A stretch of DNA of 64,000 nucleotides from Mytilus edulis. Lineage: Eukaryota. Positions 38,107 to 49,906 of this stretch are shown here, piece by piece (the stretch's first letter is position 1; every line of letters begins with the position of its first letter). The notes under the pieces were generated by a model, which did not search any database, was not told where the DNA came from, and was given only the letters and a program-made list of their open reading frames with translations. The stretch lies in contig NC_092344.1 in the NCBI RefSeq assembly GCF_963676685.1, forward strand, positions 66,774,001 through 66,838,000, written 5' to 3'. Made by a program: the position numbers and the translations under genes.

Positions 38107-40222
38107 TATAACCGGGCGTTTTCCGTGTTATAGTGATTCAAAGACGGAATACCAATACTTTAAACTTTATTAGCAAGGTCCGGACAGTACCAGACCTAAG
38201 ACCTAAACTGACAACAAAATGACATACAAAAGCATATATAAAAAACAGTTACTATAGAAAAGGATTAGTGTCCAACGGATTAACTTGTCATGGTCAGAGT
38301 GATTTCCATCACGACAAACATATATTTAACAATAGAATTAATTAGACACAAAGAAATGTAAAAGGTTTGATAAACGGATTAATATATTGTCACTATAGCA
38401 CTTAAAATATATTGTCTAAATTTGATTTATATCTAATCGCAAATAGTCCAAATCTTCCTGGTTATATTCGCTACTACTCCACCTAAACTCGGTCTCCGAG
38501 TTTGCCGAATAAATTTTGTTATCGTCGTGGGTATCCTCCTCCTCGCAGATGACGTTGCTGAGAATTGCCACGCGAGCAAATTGCAAGGGTCGAACGCACA
38601 CCTCGGTTTGAATGTTTGATATCTAGATGTTGAAGTTCGTGTCTACTGTTTACGTTCTCTTCATTAAGTCAGAGTGATTTCCATCACGACAAACATATAT
38701 TTAACAATAGAATTAATTAGACACAAAGAAATGTAAAAGGTTTAATAAACGGATTAATATATTGTCACTATAGCACTTAAAATATATTGTCTAAATTTGA
38801 TTTATATCTAATCGCAAATAGTCCAAATCTTCCTGGTTATATTCGCCACTACTCCACCTAAACTCGGTCTCCGAGTTTGCCGAATAAATTTTGTTATCGT
38901 CGTGGGTATCCTCCTCCTCGCCGATGACGTTGCTGAGAATTGCCACGCGAGCAAATTGCAAGGGTCGAACGCACACCTCGGTTTGAATGTTTGATATCTA
39001 GATGTTGAAGTTCGTGTCTACTGTTTACGTTCTCTTCAATAAGTCCCTGCATTTCGTCTTCCATATCATTTAAGATGCGATTGTACTGCATGTCAGAATT
39101 TTTGAACTCCATTGTTCAGCGTTGTCTGGTGTTCGTTAAATTCAGGTTTTCCTCTTTCAGTTGAACTATTACTCTTTCCAAATGTTCAGTTCTACTTGTA
39201 TGTTCGGCTAACTCGTGTTCGATCTTTTGAATTATCCGGCCATGTTCTAAACGTTCCAAATTTACTTTGTCCAAATTCTTCCTTAATATCACGTTATCTT
39301 TCACTACGGTATCCAATTTAGAATGTTCAGACTTGAGCGCAGCGATTTCTTTGATGTAGTTTCGGTTAGTCACTTGCAACTTGTTTATGTGCTGTTTCGT
39401 GGATTCGTCCTGTATGGAGCACGTAAATGAAGCGATTTCCTGGTCCTCAAGTCCTTGAAACGGAAATTGAGACATTTGCTTCTTCTCAATAAACGTTCTC
39501 ATACGGTCACTGTCTCTCTGAATTTTGGATTTCGACTTTGATTTCTTCTTCGGTTTTTGGTTTTCACATGACTTCACGTGAAAACTACACATACGGGCAA
39601 AATGTCCATGATGTTTGCACTTGTAGCAATAAGCGTTGACAGCATAACATCGATGGTATGTGAAAACGTTCAATGTCTTACCGCAATATTTGCAAAGAAA
39701 GTCCAAACAGGTATCTTCTTTTGTTATCGGAAACGGATGTCCATTTCTGCAAGGCTGGTAATTCCAGGTTCCTTCCATATTGTTGCTTCTAAAGGTATCC
39801 ATTTACTAGTTTGGGGGAACTAGCTCAAGATCGTGCCCGGGTCCTCCCCCAATATATAACCGGGCGTTTTCCGTGTTATAGTGGTTCAAAGACGGAATAC
39901 CAATTATTTTATACTTTAAACTTTATTAGCAAGGTCCGGACAGTACCAGACCTAAGACCTAAACTGACAACAAAATGACATACAAAAGCATATATAAAAA
40001 ACAGTTACTATAGAAAAGGATTAGTGTCCAACGGATTAACTTGTCATGGTCAGAGTGATTTCCATCACGACAAACATATATTTAACAATAGAATTAATTA
40101 GACACAAAGAAATGTAAAAGGTTTGATAAACGGATTAATATATTGTCACTATAGCACTTAAAATATATTGTCTAAATTTGATTTATATCTAATCGCAAAT
40201 AGTCCAAATCTTCCTGGTTATC
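38107..40222 (-). mobile_element. Non-autonomous Gag-only LTR retrotransposon
   Basis: Direct repeats at 38107-38466 (360 bp) and 39855-40222 (368 bp) with TATAACC...GGTTATA termini. TSD AAAC; the empty site AATGAAACTTTGCATG is at ~24828. PBS-like TGGGGGAGGACCCGGG at 39836-39851. A purine-rich tract precedes the 3' LTR. Confidence 0.85.
38894..39802 (-). CDS. Gag-like zinc-knuckle plus coiled-coil ORF with one in-frame TGA (39116-39118)
   Basis: Double knuckle CKYCG...HRCYA...CYKCKHHGHFARMC (CX2CX4HX4C). ORFs 39116-39802 and 38894-39112 are in the same frame. Confidence 0.7.
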
Positions 40223-41717
40223 AAACTTTGCATGCCTATGATATGTAAAATATAAAAGAAATTGAAAAAACACTTATCAGCTGAGGCTATATAACACCAA
40301 ATAAACAAATAGATACTAAAGGTTTGCTAGCTCCGGTAAATAAGACATTTTTTTAAATACAAAATAGGCAAACAAAAAAGAGGTATATCACAGTTATATT
40401 ATTTTTACTTACAGCCATCTAAAAGCGAAAAAAAATCATTATTGTGAATATGAATGAAATGATTTAGAAAATTAAATAAATTGATCTATTTGTCCGATTG
40501 AACTGTGACATGCATTACGTTTAGTCTTTTACTACATTCATAATTACATTTATTTGTCTTGTTAATGAACAAAGAGGGGCAAAAGATACCAAAGGGACAG
40601 TCAAACTCATAGATTGAAAATAAACTGACAACGCCATCGCCTATGGCTAAAAATTAAAAGACAAACAGACAAATATTAGTACAGAAGACACAACATATCT
40701 ATAGAAAACTAACGAGTATGCAACACGAACCCAACCAAAAATCAGGGGTGATCTCAGGTGCTCCGGAATGGTAAGCATATCGTGCTCGACATGTGGCTCC
40801 CGTCATGTTCTTATGTTATTACAAATCAAGTAAATAGTCTAATTTGGTAGGTCACATTCGTGAAAAGGGAAGGGTATTGTAGTTACGGCATAAGGAACAA
40901 TAAATTATAAATCAACATTATTTAACTTTTAAATTACTAAAATCTGAACTCTTATTCTTTTTATTTAGTACTCGGTTGGTAAAATGTTTGCCCGAAAACC
41001 CAAATCCTGTATGTTGACAGGTTGACTTATGAGTCCGTCTACGATAATCCTGCTCGAAATATTTATGACCGCAATGTCAGATGGTCGATGGAAATAAGCG
41101 GCTCTTCGGTATTGCGATAAACAACTGCGTGTTTCAAACAAATACTCGTCGTACGTTTTAAAAACCTTAAGATAGTAAGCTTGATATTTAAACTTATTTA
41201 AAACTATGTTATTCAGGTATATATTTTAATTTTCCACTGTCGCTAAAAAAAGTTAAAACGACCGATTTATATTAGTTTATTAAAGACAACAGTAGCTATA
41301 GTATACCGCTGTTCTAATGTCATCAATCGAATCAGAGAAAACAAATCCGGGTTATAAACTAAAACCGAGAGAAACACGTCAAATAGAAGAGGAAAACATC
41401 GAAGCAACAGAAACACTGACGTGCAACAAAAAACAAAAGACAATACAACATACATAGAAACAACCTATAAGATAACAACTGCCATTTTCCTGCACAAGCT
41501 GCAACTAATATGATATATTTTTATTTCTGGAAATGAAATACTTGTGTTAATGAGATAAATAAGATTGGTGTCAATTTAGGAATATTAGATATTTAAAATA
41601 AAGCCATCGATGACGTGATTGGTGGGATATTGTTGTCTTAAACATGTTTCAAACTTTATAAACAACTATTGTTATGACTTATCATTAATGATTGCGTTTT
41701 TTTGTAGTGTATGTTAA

Positions 41718-43388
41718 ATGGCGACATCCTCTCAAAGTTGTGGAGTTTGTGACCTCCGTCACATCACAAAACCATCCATAGTCTGGTGTACAGAATGTGA
41801 CGAGGGACTCTGTACAGAATGCCAGGAACATCATGGTCTGTCTAAAGCATCCAGAAGACATAAAGTGATTCCTATTATTGAATACCAGAAATTACCACCC
41901 GATGTTCTTAAAATTACTCAGTATTGTAGCAAACACGATGAAAAGTTTCAAATTTATTGCAAGAAGCATGAATGTCCCTGCTGCAGCAAGTGCATAGTGG
42001 AAAGCCATTCAGAATGTCGGGATATCGTAAATTTAGATGACGTCATTCATAATGTCAAAACCTCCAATGCCTTGTGCGAGATAGAGGAAACATTAGTTGA
42101 AGTTGCAGAAAATCTACAAAAAGTTCGTCAGCATATACAAGACAATCGATCGAATTTAAAAGATAAGAGAATGGAATTAGAAAAAGAAATAAAGAAGACC
42201 CGAATAATGATCAACCACCATCTCGACAAACTACAAGAAGATTTTCTGAAACAACTCTTTGAGGTCGAAGAAAAAGATAACTCGAAAATTTGTCAATTAG
42301 TTTCATCCTTAGAGATAAAGGAAAAAGAAATAGCAGAATACCAGAGAAATGTTTCGAACATCAAGCAACATGCGACGAACCTTCAGTTGTTTCTTTCAAT
42401 GAAGCAGATAGAAAAAGACGTAAATAGCAAAGATAAATTCTTACACTCGCTTGTAGCAAACGAGGGGCAACTATCTCTTTCATTTAAGATCAACGCCTCT
42501 ATCAAAAATATCATTTCCGATATAAAAAGTTTTGGAGAAGTGCATATTGAAGCAAAACCGTACGATATTGTTCTAATCGAGAAAAAGGCTCAACAAGCCC
42601 AAATGATGATACAATCAAGATCCATTGAAAATTTGAAACTAATGTTACACGAGACAATAAACACTCAAGGAGAATTCATATACGGATGTTGCATGCTGCT
42701 TGATGGTAGAATGGCCTTTACCTTCTACTATAAAAAGACAGTAAACGTATTCAGCGACAAAGGATTACAAGACTTCGAGGTGAAGTTGCCCGTTAACCCG
42801 TGTGATATAGTATACATAAGTGTGGACAATACATTAGCTGTCACAACTGATTCATCAGAGTGTATTACCATTATAGACGTGGAGAGGAAACAAATCAAGA
42901 AAACAATTTTAATTGATTCTTACAGTAATGGCATAGCACTTAAAGATAATCGATTGATTTATTCCGCTGGAGACAAAGGTATACGAATGATCAATCTCAA
43001 CGACGAATCTACAAGTGACATAGTTCGGGACAACATGCCTTATGACTGTTACATTGCAACTTTTAAGGACAAATTATATCACACAAATAGTGGAAAAAAT
43101 ACAGTTACGTGTTATAATCTACAAGGTCAACTACAATGGAAATTTCAAAATGAAGGCGTTCTGCAGAAACCTCAGGGTATTGATGTAGACAATGATGGCA
43201 ATGTGTACGTAGAGGGGAGTGATTCACACAACGTTGTAGTTATCTCCCCTGATGGAACACGCCATAGAGAAATAATGACAGCAAGTGATGGTCTAAAATA
43301 TCCTATGTCAGTTCATTATAGTGGTTTTAAGAATCAGTTGTTAGTCGCGAACTGGAGAAACAACGCTCATTTGTTTAGTTTTATCTGA
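41718..43388 (+). CDS. RING-less TRIM-like B-box/coiled-coil/NHL protein, copy 4, 556 aa
   Basis: Intact ORF with the same architecture as copy 3. Confidence 0.93.
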   Translation: MATSSQSCGVCDLRHITKPSIVWCTECDEGLCTECQEHHGLSKASRRHKVIPIIEYQKLPPDVLKITQYCSKHDEKFQIYCKKHECPCCSKCIVESHSECRDIVNLDDVIHNVKTSNALCEIEETLVEVAENLQKVRQHIQDNRSNLKDKRMELEKEIKKTRIMINHHLDKLQEDFLKQLFEVEEKDNSKICQLVSSLEIKEKEIAEYQRNVSNIKQHATNLQLFLSMKQIEKDVNSKDKFLHSLVANEGQLSLSFKINASIKNIISDIKSFGEVHIEAKPYDIVLIEKKAQQAQMMIQSRSIENLKLMLHETINTQGEFIYGCCMLLDGRMAFTFYYKKTVNVFSDKGLQDFEVKLPVNPCDIVYISVDNTLAVTTDSSECITIIDVERKQIKKTILIDSYSNGIALKDNRLIYSAGDKGIRMINLNDESTSDIVRDNMPYDCYIATFKDKLYHTNSGKNTVTCYNLQGQLQWKFQNEGVLQKPQGIDVDNDGNVYVEGSDSHNVVVISPDGTRHREIMTASDGLKYPMSVHYSGFKNQLLVANWRNNAHLFSFI

Positions 43389-46300
43389 AGAGTTAACAGT
43401 TCATTAGATCATTATCTTAGATATTTCATACATAATAACTGGAATACAGAAACCTGTTTTGTCTATTTTGTCAAATTATATTACAAATAAGTATTTGATT
43501 GAAACACAAGTTGGAACGAAAAATATTGATAATAATCTATGTTTTGATTTATCTAGGGATTTGTTTGGGTTTACAAAATAAATATGTGACAGTGTCTCTA
43601 TCAGCGCAAATGCGATTCACATTTTGAAAAAGTTCTAGATTGAAATAGGCAGTCTATGGTCGCAAACTACTTTGACATGTGTTTAAATATGTGAAATCGC
43701 CAATGTTTGTTCAGGTATACCTTTTGCACTTTGATTGTTATTTTCATTAGTTTCGTAGAATAAGAACACCAGTATTCAAATCAAAAAATCAATTCCATTG
43801 GTCTCCAATTTGATATATCTCCATTCTCCACAGACATAATGATGTGTATAAATAAACGTATGGCTAAAGTTATCATATAACATTAAAGAAAAATAATTAA
43901 TATGATATTCAAATATTAAAAGGAAGGAATACGCCAGTAATATTGTTATAAAAAGCCAAAAAACACGCTTCGAAATGCATACAAGTTAGGCACAAAGAAT
44001 CACGTTTTCAATGATTTGAAAAAAGCGCCAAGCTGACATTTTCTATCGACGCAACATAAGAACAACGTATCATAAAAAAACAAAACCATTCACATGTATT
44101 ATTATGGCCTTCGACTACAGAATGAGGTTTATACTTAACATCAAGCAAAGTACGAAGTATCCCAATTGATTGTAAAATTAAAGTTGTCAATTTATTAAAA
44201 AGTGACATTCAACACCAAAGTCCACTATAAATAAAAATCTTCAAATGTGTCATTAGGAAGTCACAGACGAGAATCTTGTTTGTTTAAGCAGCTACATCTT
44301 ATATTTTCAATCGAATATGAATTATGCTTTCTAATACTGTAGATTCGTAATTATTCATCGGGTACCAATTTTCGTAGTTTTTGTTGCTTCAGGGAAACAC
44401 GAAATAAATTTTCAAATATATATATTTTTTCCATATATGCTGACTTAAGTAAAACAATGGAATCTTATATCCACGAGAATGCTAGATTTCCTGAAACCAC
44501 AAAAATGGGACGCACGAAAATAAAAGAATCAACATTATTAGTGTAAACATAGTTTATTAATTATATTCAGGTACATACATAGGCATTTACATAATAATAC
44601 AAGTGAAATAATTAATAGGATCCAGAAACAAGCTGTTAGCTTATATTAATCTGTTTCCTGGACATTATTGATTTGACCAATGTTTTTATTATGTTGTTTT
44701 TTGTAGTGTGGTATACTTTCGTGAGTTTCCCTCAATTATACCGAATTTGGTGTAATATATGTAACCCAGAACAACAGTGTATATTTGTATGCAGAGGACA
44801 ACTGCATAATTATATATTTTAAGAATCAACCTTCTAGAGACACAACAAATCCAATGAACCAGTTAATACGATATTCCAGGACTTGAATGTCCGTTCTTGT
44901 TCTGTGTTAAAGGTCTGTTACTTAGAAAGAATCTTTTTGACCAACTGTTCTCATTTGTAAAGTTCAAGTCATCTTTTCCAAAAGTTTAAAGGAAACAATG
45001 ATCATGATAATGATTAATATTTGGTTTCCTTAATCATATTAATGGAACATCGTTTATAAAAATTACAACGGCTATTTTCCATATGACGTTCTTGCAACAA
45101 TTATATCCTCGTTTAAAAAAACTTAATTGTATGAAATTCGACATTGGCTTTTTTCTCTCTATTCACCGCAATCTGCTGTCTGTTTTCCAAATAATGATTT
45201 ATAATTTTAGGTATGCAATTGAAATAAAAAAAAATCAGACAAAGAAACAAAGATATTTTCTGGCTTATTAATTTGCTGATAAACTGATGAAATCTTTGAA
45301 TCACAAGATGCTAAAATTAATAATAGACAAGGACAGGGGAAGTATATGTCCGGGAGACGGAAGATATAAAAGAGGGGCAACAAATACCAAAGGGACATTC
45401 ACACTCATTAATTGAAAATAACCTGTCAACGCCATGCCTAAAATAAAAACAGAAAAGCAGACACACAGTAGTACACAAAACACAACATACAAAACTAAAG
45501 ACTAAGAACCCCACCAAAACTTGGGGTGATCTAAGGTGCTCCTGACAGGTAAGCAGATCCTGCTTAACATGTGGCAACTGTTGTGTTGCTCATGATAGTA
45601 GAGCATCTGCTTACACTGTCTTGAATACCAATCTGTTTTTGCGATTTAATTTTCGAGCACAGACTGAAAAAATGATCAACACAATTAGTTATGTTTCATA
45701 TATATATATATATAGTTTCATTATATTATCAATCACAAGCTCCTTATTTAGTACCAATGATGCACAATATTACTACACAGTTAACACTGGCTTTTCTTTT
45801 AATTGCTCTATCCAAGGCATTACAAAGTTTGCTCGATAAATGTAATCAATACAATAGTAATCTGAAATAAAATTGAGAATGAAAATGGGGAAAGTGTCAA
45901 AGAGACAAAAATTCGACCATAGAAGAACAGACAACAGCAGAAGGTCACCAACAGGTCTTCAATGCAGCGAAAAATTCCCGCACCCGGAGGCGTCCTTCAT
46001 CTGGCCCCTAAACAAATATATATACTAGTTCAGTGATAATGAATGCCATACTAAACTCCAAATTGTACACAAGAAACTAAAATTAAAAAATAATACAAGA
46101 CTAACAAAGGCCAGAGACTCCTGACTTGGGACAGGCGCAAAAATGCCGGGGGGTTAAACCTGTTTATGTGAAATATAAAAAAGAAAATGCGGTATGATTG
46201 CCAATGAGACAACTATCCACAAAAGACAAAAAAGACACAGACAGTAACAACTATAGGTCAACGTACGGCCTTCAACAATGAGCAAAGGTATTTATTCTAT

Positions 46301-46979
46301 TTTTTATATCTTATAATTTTATGAAAGAGAAAATAAATTCATCCATATTACTATTTCACTGATACTCTTTTCTATAAATAACCCGAAATGAAAAAGGGAA
46401 TTGTCTAGCCATTTTATATAACGTCAAGATTAGAATTTTGTAAATAAGCGATTATCAAATAAACCGATCACCATGGCCAGGTGTGGATTTATTTATATAC
46501 ACATAGATACGCACATACATGTACATTGTACAATGGAATCTATGATTACATAAATATAAAAATATATTTATACTTTTTTTTAGTACAAATGTTTTTTTAG
46601 TAGACGACTTGACATCATTTGATAAAACAGTAACACTGTCTTTAGCTCCCTATGTCAATGGAATGTTTTTATGAATACTGGTTATAGTCTTTCACAGAAC
46701 CCTGATCCGTAGTAAAAATGTTAAAAATAGTAACATCCCTATCTGTGTAGGTGGATTTTGAACTGTCCCGTCATTTATCAGTTTCTTATTCAGTCGCGTG
46801 ATATATAACCTTTCAGGTAAACAAGACTCAACATTTCAGCATAACAGGTACTTATTTTATTTGATATTTCAATGATTAATTCTTCTTTAATTACGATTTC
46901 CATTTTCCCTAATATAAGTATGACCTAAATAAATTTGTTATTAAAATCATCATAGATACCAGGATTAAATTTTGTATTT

Positions 46980-47023
46980 GCGCCAGACGCGCGTTTCGTC
47001 TACAAAAGACTCATCAGTGACGC
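46980..47023 (-). ncRNA. Minimal type I hammerhead ribozyme
   Basis: Identical to 9757-9800. Confidence 0.88.
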
Positions 47024-49906
47024 TGGAATCCAAAATATTTAAAAAGGACAAATAAAGTACGAAGTTAAGGAGCATTGAGGACCAAAATTCCTAAACGTGT
47101 TGCCAAATACAACTAAGGTTATCTATTCCTGAGGTAAAAAAGCCTAAGTATTTCTAGAAGTGCTGATTACTGGGCTAGTGATACCCTCGGGGAATTAAAA
47201 CTCCTCTAGCAGTGGCATCGACAAAAGAGTATTATTTCAACTTTTGGTCTGTGCTTAAGAAGTGTTCACACAATGCAATGTCAATTTGAGCTGAATTCGT
47301 CCTTTACACGCAATCTAAACATTCCTTCGTTCCCCATTACTAATATCAATGTTCACATGTTGTAAAATCATGTTTTTATTACATGCAGTCGATAGTAAAT
47401 ATAGGCCTTTCATGGGTTAAGTGTTCATAAAACAAGATATTCAGAATGTGAAATTTATTATGCATATTTAAGGAAAAAAACATTAATTAAATACAATTGA
47501 TGATAAAGATATTAACGTTATTTGCAATTTAACTGTCCGAAACTCAAAATATTGCCCAGTAATTACAACGATTAAATTTCCTTACAAATCCCTTTTCAGA
47601 CTCAAAATATCAATCATATCATTCTCTTGGACTTTCGTTACTGAGTGAAATCAACCAGATTCATTAATAAATAGATGGTTCTTTAATCGATTGTATGCGA
47701 TTTGATCTACGTCCAGTAGAAAATATTCCATTCGTGTTCAGGATGACCAAAAACAATTAACGTGGTTTTCGACTGCTATCAAGGGAGGGACATTTCGCGA
47801 GAAGATAAGGGCACATTCTTTTTTTTGGAGACGAAAAAGATTTAAAATACAGTAATCCTTTTTTAATGAACATTGTCATTAACGGAAAGGGTTGGGGCAA
47901 TCTAAAATAGAAAATAAAATGTTGAAACAGAGACATGTCTAAAATTTTACACAAATTAAGATGTTCATATAGTCATTTATGGTTGTTTATTGTAAGTAGT
48001 TTCTATTAATGTAATTTAAGCAGGAAAAAATTAACATAGCAAATTGCAAACTTAAAGTCACTGTACAATGTGATAGCAGGCAGGTCCTTAAAATAATCGG
48101 CAAACTGATATGTACTGATAGTAATGCAACATTTTATTAATTATCGTTGATATATCTCTCATCAAACTATCTTTAGCAAAAGAAACTTTTAACTTTGATT
48201 TTCCTATAGTCAACTTTACATTTATGTGTAGCAACATGCCAGCGGCAACAGCATATGGAGTATATGTGTCTCAATTGATACGTTACTCTAGAACTATCTC
48301 AAAGTACGTTGATTTTGTTGAACGAGGAATACTGCTTTCTCAAAAGTTGCTAAGACAGGGCTATGAATCAATCAAATAAAGGTTATCACTAAAGAAATTT
48401 TACGCTCGCTATCATGAGCTGATTGGCCATTATGACAAAAGTGTGTCAGAAATCATATCTGATATTCTTCCTCAGTCATAATAACCTTCCATCATTACCG
48501 AACTGAACAAAGAAATAACACAATGACGGGTGCCGTATACGGTGCAGGAAATGCTTACCCTTCCGGAGCACCGGATTTCACTCCCGGTTTTTAGTGGAAT
48601 AACTGTAGTTTCTAATCTATTATTTATAACTGTTGATGTAATGTCCTTTGGTTTTGTGAGTCTTTGTTTATTCCTTGGTTTTGATTGTTATTGTCTCTTA
48701 AAATTGAAAATTGCTAATTTAATTCAAAGTCACTGGACCATGTCCTGAGAGCAGGATCTGAAAAAGTCGTCAACCTGTACTGATCGATAGTATTGTGATT
48801 TTATACAAAATGTCTTTGATCTATCACAAATAGATCTTATCAAACTAAATTAAGTAGAAACTTTGAATTAGAAAAATTGCTTATTAATTCCATTTCGCAT
48901 GGCCATGACTTTAGTGGCATATCAACCAAAATAGTCGTCAAATTGTTAAGTACTTATAGTAATGCGTCTTTATATACAAAATATCATTGACCTATCACTA
49001 GTAAACCTATCAAACTAACTTAAAGAGAACTCGTTAAAACAATTATTGACGCCGTCGCAGGAGCCGTCAACGTAAAAGCAATCCCTCTGTCTCGTATGGT
49101 CGCATGCGAGGCACACTTCACTTGTTTTCCAAGGAAAACACCATAGAATTTGTTTCAATGGTTCTTTTTTTCTTCGGGAGGGGTAGGGGTGCAAACAATG
49201 ACAAACACACAGTTGTTATTCAAAATATACAGTAACAATAATTTGATTTTTGAAACTTAATGTAGGAAATTTCATACACTTTATTTCTAAAGAAAACATA
49301 TATATAGTTGTTTGATTAAATTCTGACACAATTTTACCAAAGTCTAAATGTAATTGGAATAAACTGAAAGATATTCATTCAATTCTATGTAATGGTCAAG
49401 TGATCGCTTACATTACTCCTATATGAAGTTTACGCATGCGAACTCAATATATTTCATGTACAGGTAATTAAAACTGGTGTACACATGAGTGTAGATTATT
49501 GCGTTGCGTTGTGTATTTGATCGTAAGCTAACTAAGGCGTTAAAGATAGAACTACGTCTGCCATTATACGTTTCTATTCAATACAACATAAAGTATTACA
49601 ATTACGCGACGTCACAAAGATAGCGGCCGTACCGCAAAAAGGTACGTTAATATTAGCGCAATTCTTAACATTCTGGGGCCGCAGAAAATGATATTTAACT
49701 TAAATTTGAAATACAATATGAAAAATTCGTAAATTGTGACATAAAAAGAAATAAAATCAGATTTAAAGTCTCTCAATAGTATTTTAACTGTTCACGTCTG
49801 AATAATTTAACACTTTCACAAGTCTATATAATAACTGGAGTTAATTGAACAGTCTATATATCCACTAATTTCTCCAGGGCAGAAAAGTTCTCCAGGGCAG
49901 AAAAGT

